Source: Mayamaea pseudoterrestris (Eukaryota). From it: DNA of 64,000 nt. Below, one piece after another: positions 47,334 through 56,763 of this stretch. Position numbers and translations under genes: made by a program. Location: the NCBI GenBank assembly GCA_027923505.1, contig BROI01000006.1, forward strand, positions 558,001-622,000. Direction: 5' to 3'. The notes beneath the pieces are model-generated. The model was not told where the DNA came from and did no database searches. It worked only from the letters and a program-made list of their open reading frames with translations. The number at the start of each line of letters is the position of its first letter. Position 1 is the stretch's first letter.

Positions 47334-49415
47334 TTAAATGCTTTGATATTCACCTTTGACAGCTCGATCGCCCTGAGGCACAAGATTCTCTAGGCGACGA
47401 ATCAGTCGCTTCTGCAAACCTTGTTGGCTATCCAGCGCTCCCAGCATGGCTGGTTCAACACATGATGCAATATCACCTGCGAATGCATACATTAGTAAGT
47501 TCCGCGCCATTTGGCGATCCAAACCTCGTGCCCGCAGATAAAATAGCTCCTCCTCACTCAGATCGGATACGGTTGTCCCGTGAGCGCACTTGACATCATC
47601 GGCAATGATTTCCAAGCTCGGAACGGACCAAGCGCGTGCCTTGTCACTCAGTAGCACCGTCCTTGACAGTTGCTGACTGTCTGTTTGCTGAGCGCTCTGT
47701 TCAACTCGAATACGTCCTCGAAAGGAACCCGTCGATCGACCACCAACCATGTTCTTTTGCGTTTGCCGACTGACAGTCGCTTGCGCAATGTGATGAATGT
47801 TTGTCTTCATATCAGTTCGTTGTGAACCACCCGATAGACTGAATCCATTCACCTCGGCCCTGGTGCCCGAGTGAAGCAAGGTGGCCGACACGCCAATGCG
47901 CACGCGGCCACTCCCGCCAACACTCATGACTGTTCCTCGATAATCGGCATCTTGACCCATGCAATGTACGTCAATCGCTTCCAAATGAGTATCCTTTAAT
48001 GCCGAACGGTCAGCTTCCGCGACGCGAGGTGAAATGACGGATTCATCGGATAGCTCATCGTCACTTAGTTCGACACCTGCAGTGACCATACCACCAGATT
48101 CCTCTAGATAAGAGTGAGTCACATTGGCTCCTGCCTTCAGAAAGACTTGAGTATAGCCATTATATAGCTTCGGGTTGCTGCCGTCACTTCTATCGTTCGC
48201 ATTGCCAGTTGTTGTTAAATCGACTGTAGATTGAACAACAGATAGACGCGAGTGTTCATTAGCTACGATCAATGTCCGCGGATGTAGACTCGCTCCCATG
48301 CTATTGTCTACATTAGACGCCAATCCCAATGACGGTGTCACTGTATTAATGATCAAGACTGGCTTGGGAAGTGGAGCTGTCGCTTTTTCCTCCTCCGTCA
48401 GTGGCGCACCGGCTGGTGCGGAAACGAATGCAACTGCTCTTGCCTTTATTGTATTTAATGCAGCAAAGCAGGCTGTTCCTTGCTGCGTATTGATTGCAAA
48501 TTGCGAGGTTGGAGCGCCAACATTGTGGTTTGGGCCGCTCAGTTTCTCAAAGGACGAAATGGTGGATTCGCCATTGGCAACGGGACAAGCAAGCTCATCC
48601 GTAAAGCCGTCTGTCAGTCGCGCCAAGTATTTTGTCAGCTCTTGGCTTTCGGCAATTTGTGACTCGTCTTGAATATTGTAAACATGCTCGGAAGGTTTCG
48701 ATAGCTCGTCAACGTAGTATCCATTGACATAAACGAGGCGAGCCGCGCATTCGTCATCGTCAAGCCATCCTCCCTGCGCCAACAAGTCTTGCTGAATAGA
48801 ATGGCATCGCTCGCTTGACATTTCTATTGGCTCAGCAATTTGCGAATAATCCTGCGCAATCATGCCTGGTACATCAAATTGTCTCCATGTTTCCGCGTTT
48901 CGTCGAGGCGTTGGAATGCCAAACTGCTCCAAGCCAAACGACGGCACCAGCGGCGTCCAAGGCAGCTTGGTTGTCACGTAGGGAGTCCATTCGACATCAT
49001 CCGTATCCTTCTCCAAATCATTGACTAGTTCCACTGGAGTTTCGAGGATTGTCCGTGTCTGCTGGGCTAGTGACTTGAGAATGCCATCCGCAGCATGTGT
49101 TTGCAAAAGTCCTTCGTACCACTCGTCGCAGGCTTGATCGAGCTTGGTGCGTCGGGACAATCGATATTCCTCATGGTTTGGAATCTCGTATTCAAATTCA
49201 GTCTCATCGCCTGCTCTTTGCGACTGTTCCTCCTCCTTGCTAGGGCCCAGGCCGATACTGACTGCCAAAGTTGTCGTTGATGGCGAAGAAGATGCAATGG
49301 AATTTGGAGCTATGTTTGCATGGTGTTTCTTTAACGACGAAACGACAAAGGCTAGCGACGACTCGAATAACTGTGAGCTCGTTAGCGTTAGCAAGAGTAT
49401 GCAGCTAGTCTTCAT
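47334..49415 (-). CDS. sufD: Fe-S cluster assembly protein SufD, plastid-targeted
   Basis: ETWRQ, LVYVNG, FRGRIRVEQSAQQTDSQQLSR, PSLEIIADDVKCAHG, LFYLRARG; signal peptide plus SLA-F from ATG 49415. Confidence 0.9.
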   Translation of the reverse strand: MKTSCILLLTLTSSQLFESSLAFVVSSLKKHHANIAPNSIASSSPSTTTLAVSIGLGPSKEEEQSQRAGDETEFEYEIPNHEEYRLSRRTKLDQACDEWYEGLLQTHAADGILKSLAQQTRTILETPVELVNDLEKDTDDVEWTPYVTTKLPWTPLVPSFGLEQFGIPTPRRNAETWRQFDVPGMIAQDYSQIAEPIEMSSERCHSIQQDLLAQGGWLDDDECAARLVYVNGYYVDELSKPSEHVYNIQDESQIAESQELTKYLARLTDGFTDELACPVANGESTISSFEKLSGPNHNVGAPTSQFAINTQQGTACFAALNTIKARAVAFVSAPAGAPLTEEEKATAPLPKPVLIINTVTPSLGLASNVDNSMGASLHPRTLIVANEHSRLSVVQSTVDLTTTGNANDRSDGSNPKLYNGYTQVFLKAGANVTHSYLEESGGMVTAGVELSDDELSDESVISPRVAEADRSALKDTHLEAIDVHCMGQDADYRGTVMSVGGSGRVRIGVSATLLHSGTRAEVNGFSLSGGSQRTDMKTNIHHIAQATVSRQTQKNMVGGRSTGSFRGRIRVEQSAQQTDSQQLSRTVLLSDKARAWSVPSLEIIADDVKCAHGTTVSDLSEEELFYLRARGLDRQMARNLLMYAFAGDIASCVEPAMLGALDSQQGLQKRLIRRLENLVPQGDRAVKGEYQSI

Positions 49416-49968
49416 AGTCAAAGGTGCAATGTGTTTGATCCGTTGTTGCTGCTCGTTTTTGGATCTCAAAGAATGTGATGGTTCATGGTCGCGAGAGCCA
49501 TCGCGGTTGATGCGTGACGCACTTTCTGCCACTGCGACAGCTAGCTAGCCCTTTGCATAAAAGCGCATCAGGAAGTTAGCTGCGAGTAGCCACTTCACAG
49601 CAGGCTTGAAAAAGGATAGGTAAGAGAAACTGACCAAATACTGCTTATCACCTTTTGACTTGACGTCAAACAAGTTTATGGACATGAATAGCCGATTTAA
49701 CGGCCTCCAGCATTGCAGTCTGATTCAACGTCTACATTTCGGTCATTCCGACAAATCATTTGTCGGGAACTAATTGGGTGCAGGCCAAAGTATTCGATAA
49801 ATGCTATAAAATGCGACGAAGAAGGGATTCACAACTTGTTACGCTCTCGACGAGCGGCGAGCAGGCTAGCGAATTGACTTTCAAATTTTTCAATTTATTC
49901 GTTATGCGTAACTATAATTATATATCTCATGCAGTTTCATATCTAGCGCAGATTGCTGCTCTTACCCA

Positions 49969-50484
49969 TCAGTGCAAAACGTAAACCATTACGAAAATGA
50001 GAGCCAGCATCACGGTTGGCATTTGTAGGCGTTCCCAGTACATGAGCGCTTCGAGTATAGCCATGAGCAACAAAATCTGACGCGCAATGTAGAGAAAATA
50101 AGCAAGAAAATATGAAAATATTTGGTCGGCATCGTTCGGATTCGCGCCATCCTTGAGTAGTTCTTCATTGGTCAGAAAAGCCACAAATTGCGAGACTGCG
50201 ACGAACATAAATGGCGACATCAAAAATCGTTCCAAGAATGGCTGTTTCATGCAAACAAGACTTCCATCCGGATTCATGTACTCGATGACTGGTTGATTGC
50301 AGCGAGGGCATCGGCATTGTCCGACGCAGGCAGCCTTCCACTGGAGGAAACACTCGTGATGGAAATCATTGTGACCGCATGGCCGCGTTCGTCCGCTCGT
50401 GCCTGAAGCAACCGCCTCCAAACAGACGCGACATTCAGTGTCATGGTCTTTCTGTGGCTCGTCAAAGTTCTGAAAGATTAGCAT
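49969..50484 (-). CDS. Small RING-H2 finger protein with C-terminal TM segments
   Basis: CRVC...PCGHNDFHHECFLQW...CPRC; hydrophobic C-terminal half. Confidence 0.75.
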   Translation of the reverse strand: MLIFQNFDEPQKDHDTECRVCLEAVASGTSGRTRPCGHNDFHHECFLQWKAACVGQCRCPRCNQPVIEYMNPDGSLVCMKQPFLERFLMSPFMFVAVSQFVAFLTNEELLKDGANPNDADQIFSYFLAYFLYIARQILLLMAILEALMYWERLQMPTVMLALIFVMVYVLH

Positions 50485-50725
50485 GGCGGCGTTGGTAGTA
50501 GGGAGAAGGCTGCTTGTCGTCGTGGTCGTTCGGAATTGTGATTGAAACGGAGCCTCGCCAACTGGAGGGCGTCGGCAGTGCCGTTCGGACGCAATAAATG
50601 TCTTAGCGGTTCATGAGAGAAGCGCAAGCCGCGCCGCGATCCTCGACCGTCACAACATCAACCGAACGACGACCACGAAAGCTGCTCGTCTCTCCTTCTC
50701 CATAAGACTACGTTAACGTCCGGCC

Positions 50726-52093
50726 ATGACAGTCATTCGAATATCGGGAGCATCTTCTCGACTTCTTTCATATCATGTCTGCATATTGACGCTTTTCATC
50801 ATCCTAACGATTTCGGTGTCAAGTTTCACTTCGCCTCTTCGTCAATCAACGATTTATGCTCGTCACAACATGGCTGCCAAGAATGCAGAGGAAGATCTCG
50901 AGCTGACTCGACAAATTATCCTTGGTCACATTGTGACTTCAGACTCGCCAGAATCCAAGGATGATACAAACCCTTCCTCTGACCGGCCCGTCAATGATTT
51001 GATGATTCGAGCGGCAATGGGCGAAACGGTGGAGCGAACGCCCGTTTGGCTGTTTCGACAAGCTGGTAGACACTTACCAGAGTATCAAGACTACAAGAAG
51101 CAACTTGGAAAGAACTTTTTGGAGCTACTCGCCGATCCCATGGCTGTGGCTGAATGTACACTGCAACCTGTTCGAAGGTATCCATTGGATGCTGCCATAT
51201 TGTTTAGCGACATTCTCGTCCTGGTCGAAGCCTTGGGCATTCCGGTAACCATGCCGGGCGGAGTTGGCATACAAGTCCCAGAGCCTCTCCAGAGTCCATC
51301 CGAAATTGAAACGCGATTGGTAGAGAAGTCGCAAATTACGCCAGCTTGGGTCAGAGACAATCTTGGTCACGTTTTGGCGGCGGTTCGACAGATTCGATCG
51401 CATATGAAGGCCGAGGCAATTAGTGTTCCACTCATTGGATTCTCTGCAGCACCTTACACCTTGCTTTACTACATGATTGGTGGGTCATCAAAGAAGAATA
51501 ACGATATTGGAACCAAGTGGTTGACAGAACATCCGGAAGAGTCTAAGAAATTGCTCGACAAACTCACTCTCTTGGTTGTCGAATATCTATCGGCACAAGT
51601 CGAAGCAGGCTGCCACATGCTTCAAATCTTTGAGGCCATGGGCATGATGATTGATGATGCAAACTTTGAAAAGTTTGCCCTGCCATGCCTTGAATCCATT
51701 GGCACGCAGCTCAAGGAGCGTCATCCTAACATTCCACTCATGGTGTTTTGCCGTGGCGCTTGTCAAATGAACGACAAGGTCGCCGCTCTTGGATGCTATA
51801 ACGTTATAACCATGGATGGCTCTGTCGATCGTACGACAGCCAGAAGTGTCGTAGGTTCCAATGTATCGTTGCAGGGCAGCTATGATCCAGCGGAGCTCAT
51901 TGCCGAAAATGGCAAGACAGCCGAAACCGTTCGCAACACTGCAAAGCAATATCTTGAAGATCTAGGACCGCAGCGATTGATTGCCAACCTCGGAGAAGGT
52001 TTGGGCGGAAAGGAAAGTACGGATCTTGTCGATGTCTTTGTCCGCGCCATTCATGAAGAAAGCGAGGCGATGATCAAAGCGGGAATGCAATGA
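50726..52093 (+). CDS. hemE: Uroporphyrinogen decarboxylase, plastid-targeted
   Basis: PVWLFRQAGRHLPEY, DAAILFSDIL, PLIGFSAAPYTL, LQGSYDP, IANLGEG; SS-F presequence. Confidence 0.95.
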   Translation: MTVIRISGASSRLLSYHVCILTLFIILTISVSSFTSPLRQSTIYARHNMAAKNAEEDLELTRQIILGHIVTSDSPESKDDTNPSSDRPVNDLMIRAAMGETVERTPVWLFRQAGRHLPEYQDYKKQLGKNFLELLADPMAVAECTLQPVRRYPLDAAILFSDILVLVEALGIPVTMPGGVGIQVPEPLQSPSEIETRLVEKSQITPAWVRDNLGHVLAAVRQIRSHMKAEAISVPLIGFSAAPYTLLYYMIGGSSKKNNDIGTKWLTEHPEESKKLLDKLTLLVVEYLSAQVEAGCHMLQIFEAMGMMIDDANFEKFALPCLESIGTQLKERHPNIPLMVFCRGACQMNDKVAALGCYNVITMDGSVDRTTARSVVGSNVSLQGSYDPAELIAENGKTAETVRNTAKQYLEDLGPQRLIANLGEGLGGKESTDLVDVFVRAIHEESEAMIKAGMQ

Positions 52094-52652
52094 TTGTTTC
52101 CGGCAACATTTAGCTAGCAGTTCTACTTTAAATCCCTGCTATTGATGCAGTTATTTATAAACTTTATCGTCTGTGTGTTGCTGGCTAAAGCGTGCCAATT
52201 GATTCATGCCACCAACCGCCACAAAAGCTTTCAAAACTGGCAAACATGTCTGCTCCCCTTTCGCACTTCAGCCATCGCACCGACTGGACCAAAAAAGCTA
52301 CCTACCGTAGCCTTCAGAAGGCAAAACGACCGGTCCGCTCGGGGAATCGAGCACGGGATTTCTCACCATTTCCCGTTCGAAACGTGGTTCAAAAATATTG
52401 CTTTCAGAGAAGCCAAAAAAGTCGGAAACAGCACCAAGGTGCTAACATTCTAGGTTCTGCCTGAGTCTTATCCCTGTATGTACGTGTTCTTCTGGACATG
52501 TAAGATGTAGTCCCCTGGATGCTCCTCGGGCACCTCGACAGCATGCATTGAGACAGCCAGCAAACACGCCCAAGTTCCCTGGGAACTCCGATTCTTTTTT
52601 ATACATAGCAAAAGTGATTTCACCCTGGTTAGGATTGTTTCAGGGGGCAAAA

Positions 52653-52724
52653 GGTCCGCTTGGGGAATCGAACCCCAGACCACCTCGACCCGAACGAGGT
52701 ATCATACCACTAGACCAAGCGGAC
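52653..52724 (-). tRNA. tRNA-Pro, anticodon CGG
   Basis: 72-nt cloverleaf GTCCGCT-TGGTCTAGTGGTATGA-CCTCG TTCGGGT CGAGG-GGTTCGATTCC-AGCGGAC-C, followed by a TTTT Pol III terminator. Confidence 0.93.
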
Positions 52725-52998
52725 TTTAGAATGAAGATGAGGGAAATTGAAATAAGAACCTAGCAGTTTTATTTTCAACTACCATCATCCTCTGACATTA
52801 AATTAAGGACTTTGTGAACATTTAAAGATGAGGCAGGATGTCCTCATTATTACGTTGCTAGTGTGTCAATATGTGCAAGGTCTAGGCAGTGATATGATAC
52901 GGACTACGTAGCTACGGTGCAGTGGCTCGCTGATTTTAGATCAGTACCGGAAAGACGGACGACATTTTCATTCGGTTGGATCAATTATTGCGACCGAG

Positions 52999-54567
52999 AT
53001 GACCACCAAGATCGGCACTTCATTCAAAATATATTTTTCCATTCCGCAACACCACGGCAGTATGTCTGTACAAAGAAGCCACAGGATAGTTAGGCAAGAT
53101 GTATTACAGTCATTTCTTATGCTTATCTCGTTGCTACGCCTCAGCATTCACGCCCGAGTCGCAGATCCCTCCAATGCCAGCAACAGCAACAACAATCATT
53201 GCTTTGGCCATTCACTAAAGGTGCCATCGAAAAGTCTGAAGCAACACTTTGTCATTGCACATCGCGGAGCATCCGCTCATTTACCGGAACACACGCTGGC
53301 AGCCTACCAGTTGGCCCTTGAGCTTGGCGCAGACTTTATTGAACCCGACCTAGTATCCACAAGCGACAATCAACTCATGGCAATGCATACTTCGGATCTA
53401 AACATTACTTCCAATGTCTTTGAAGTGTTTGGTGATTCACGCGAGCCATGGTTTAGTCCCTTTGCCAATCGATCCAGCTACTGGGCCTTCAACTTTACGG
53501 CGGACGAGATTCGCCAGTTGCGGGTCAAGCAGCGACTGCCAAGTGCAAGGACCAGCATGTACGACGGCATGTTCCAAATACCAATGCTCAACGATATTTT
53601 GGAGTTGCTGAATGTTTACAATAGCAATACACTATCGCAACTTGTTGTAACAGCAAGTGCTACCAAAGATGCAAAAGTCGACGCGTCGAATCTTCGTCGA
53701 GTAAAACTCGCGCAGGCGGGCTTGTACGCCGAGCTCAAGGATAGTGTTTGGCTAAAAGAGGAGGCGAACATTGACTTGGTGCAGCTGCTACTTGATCATG
53801 TGCAAACCAACCAGGAGTCATGGGATCCACTGCTAAAGTGCCAAACTGGCTTCAAGTACGATGAATACAAAGTACCTGGTTTCATTGTTCAATCGTTTGA
53901 TCCAAACGCCTTGGAACGACTCCATGATCAGTGGGCAGATACGCTAACAGCAACCTACGACTATCCGATGCCACCATCCATATTGCTTGTTTCGGCACCC
54001 GACTGCTGGGCGGATGACTTTTGGTTCCAATTGGGCGAACACTGGCGCGGCTACGTGGATGGTTTGGGACCCGACAAGCGGTGCATGCTCGACGACCAAA
54101 CGCGACAAGTCTTTTTGGAGAAGGCGAGAGAGTTTGACATGGTGCTGCATCCGTGGACGGAGCGACCAGAAACAATCTACTTGGCGAATGGATTTGACAG
54201 CATATTGGATGAGACCAAGCATTTGTATTGCATGTGCGGAGCGCAAGCGGTCTTTTCGGAAAGTGTATCCACGGCTGTGGCGGCGATTGCACTTGGTTGC
54301 GATGACTTAATTGAGAATGGAGCTTCTCCAACCGTCTCGTCAAATGATGCCGACTCGAACAAGACATTGCCAGTCTCCGCAACATCAGTATGCGTCTATG
54401 ACGACATCGCAGCATCAGAGATATATCTTACAGCTTCAGCGTTCATCGGAGGCATTGTTGCTACGCTATTGGTCAGCTGCTTGATTCGTCGACGTGCGGT
54501 GCAAAAGCAACAATTTCTAGGGCGTCGGAGAGTGCCAAGCTACGAGAACGAACTAGAGTTGACGTAA
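52999..54567 (+). CDS. Glycerophosphodiester phosphodiesterase (GDPD) with C-terminal TM helix
   Basis: IAHRGASAHLPEHTL, GADFIEPDLV, YAELK, VQSF, HPWT; N-terminal hydrophobic segment and C-terminal TM. Confidence 0.9.
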   Translation: MTTKIGTSFKIYFSIPQHHGSMSVQRSHRIVRQDVLQSFLMLISLLRLSIHARVADPSNASNSNNNHCFGHSLKVPSKSLKQHFVIAHRGASAHLPEHTLAAYQLALELGADFIEPDLVSTSDNQLMAMHTSDLNITSNVFEVFGDSREPWFSPFANRSSYWAFNFTADEIRQLRVKQRLPSARTSMYDGMFQIPMLNDILELLNVYNSNTLSQLVVTASATKDAKVDASNLRRVKLAQAGLYAELKDSVWLKEEANIDLVQLLLDHVQTNQESWDPLLKCQTGFKYDEYKVPGFIVQSFDPNALERLHDQWADTLTATYDYPMPPSILLVSAPDCWADDFWFQLGEHWRGYVDGLGPDKRCMLDDQTRQVFLEKAREFDMVLHPWTERPETIYLANGFDSILDETKHLYCMCGAQAVFSESVSTAVAAIALGCDDLIENGASPTVSSNDADSNKTLPVSATSVCVYDDIAASEIYLTASAFIGGIVATLLVSCLIRRRAVQKQQFLGRRRVPSYENELELT

Positions 54568-54634
54568 CATATCTGCGGTGGGCGCTATGGCCATTATAAA
54601 CATATAAACCACGGACGAATTGAGTCGCTGATGC

Positions 54635-56439
54635 TTAATACTTCATCAACGTTTTTAATGAAGTCGGTTTTCCAGTGCTATCCACGCTGCAATTTGCGTT
54701 TCCAATAAATAGTTGGGCTACATGCTCCGTTGAATTTACACTTAACATGGCAACATTTCTCTTGCGCGATGACCTGACTCCGTCCCACAACAATTCATGT
54801 CCGGTCAGGTTCATAGCTCGAATTTCCTTCAAAGAACTAGTCAAAAATTGGACAAGCGACTTGGCACTTGGTCTGTTCGCTGGCTGATGGCGATATGCTC
54901 GACGCATGGCTTCCAGCAAAACGTGTACCGCCGGGTCTGGATATTCTTCGATACAATGGGGAATAGGAGGAAGTGCTCCAGTTGATCGCTTCAAGTGAAC
55001 GATGATAGCCTTTTGTTTTGGCGTTACTTTATGAGTATGCGGTACCTTCCAAGGAGTGGAACCAATGGCAAGACGATAAAAAATATTGCCCAACGCATAA
55101 ATATCAACCTTTTCCGTCCCACGAGGCGGATTATGCGTTGATTCATCCTCGCTTGCAACTTGCTCCTCTGGTGCCCGCCATCGTGGATTCGGAAAACGGC
55201 TTAGAAATGGACATGGTTCATTAGTCTCATTGTGTTTCATGAGCAAGACTGCGATATTAAAGTCATTCAAAACGGCGCGATTATCTTGTGTAAGGACAAG
55301 GTTTGCGGGATTCAAGTCATTGTGAACAAGACTGGGCATATTCGACGTAATGCCATGCACATCAGCGACCCCTTGAGCGACTTGAATAGCCATTTTTAAT
55401 CGTTGAATCGAGTCCAGTCGATTCACGAGGGTCTCGAAGTTTTTGCCAGCAAACTCGGTCACAACAGAGGTTCCGCAAATGGCGTAAATGTCGATAATAT
55501 TACGTGAGGCCGTCAAGGTTTCCATAGCAACCGCATCAACTCGATTGTGCTCGTAGTAGGCTTCGTCAAAGTTGTGCTCGATTCTGCAAGGCAAGAAAGG
55601 TGCGATACGACGGCGTCAGATAAAATGCGCACAGGAAAATTGAACCACAAACTCTATTGGAAAACTCACTTCAACGTTTTCCACACGGTAACATGTATGC
55701 TGCCAACACTGCCGACAAGATTTTCTTGCTGTTTCCACGCGAGCCGCCAAAATCCCTTGGACGAGAGGACACTCAGCGATTGGTCCAGCAATTCTTCAAC
55801 CATACTATGCGCGTGGATGTTGTTACAGACGGGATAAAAAGTGCTTTGCCAGCTCGGATCAATCGGTTCGCAGTGCGGATCGTACTCATGCTTCGGATAT
55901 AGTCGACGCTCCTTCGAATCTGAATAGAATCGCGTTGGATCATGCTCGGAAGCAAGCGAAGAGACTGTACGCGGAGGCTTGATGGGGTACAACGATTCTT
56001 CAGGATGTTCATACTGCGTTTCCCTTAAAGAAGCGACGGAGTAAAGTATCGGCTGGCATTGAAGATGGCCCGAGATTGCTGCAGGGGCCGAGTGATTCCG
56101 GTCATCCAGCCTGCAAAGCATAATGCGCGGAAACGTCCTTTGGCGCAGTCTCATCGAAGCTTCCTTCACGAGTAATTCTCGTGGTAAGGAACGCTCCATA
56201 TATCGCGAGAAGGAGAAGAGAACGACAATTGTTCCCGCTAGCAACATGGTGTTCAAAATGCGAAAGACTTGATTCATTTTGAATATTGGTCGTCGCGGTT
56301 CCTTTCGCACCATGGCTGGGCGAGGCTCCTGAGCATGAGTAACGTTGCTAGCAATGACATTGCTTGTTTGCTCGACTAGGTCATTGCTCGTGGCAACTAG
56401 ATTGCGATGCGCCATGAGAGCAAACAAGTTCGAGGGCAA
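54635..56439 (-). CDS. Membrane-anchored atypical protein kinase; 2 exons, intron 55584-55669
   Basis: SKGFWRLAW G-loop, VWKTL, HNDLNPANL, NDFN, WRAPEE, KVDIYALG; N-terminal TM (LLAGTIVVLFSF). Start may be the ATG near 56415. Confidence 0.82.
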
Positions 56440-56763
56440 TGGTTATTATATCTAGCGCAAACATCGTGTGACGATTCTTCCCGGCTACAACCTGCTGCCG
56501 CGCAAACGAGGGATGCGTTTTATCTGTCTTTGTTTCTCAATGGACGATTCGTGACGGAAACAGACCGTTTCGTATCGTTCAAGTACAGCACCTCCTCGGC
56601 ATGCGATCGGTTAAGCTATGGAAGAACTACGACAGCAGTTTGCTCGCAGCGGTGATGTCAGGTTCCACGTCGAACTTGCTTCTGACGTCATTGGCGTCAT
56701 CTTTGTGACACTTGGCTAGAAAGTACTCAGTGACGCAACGACATTGAAGAACACGTCTGATGC

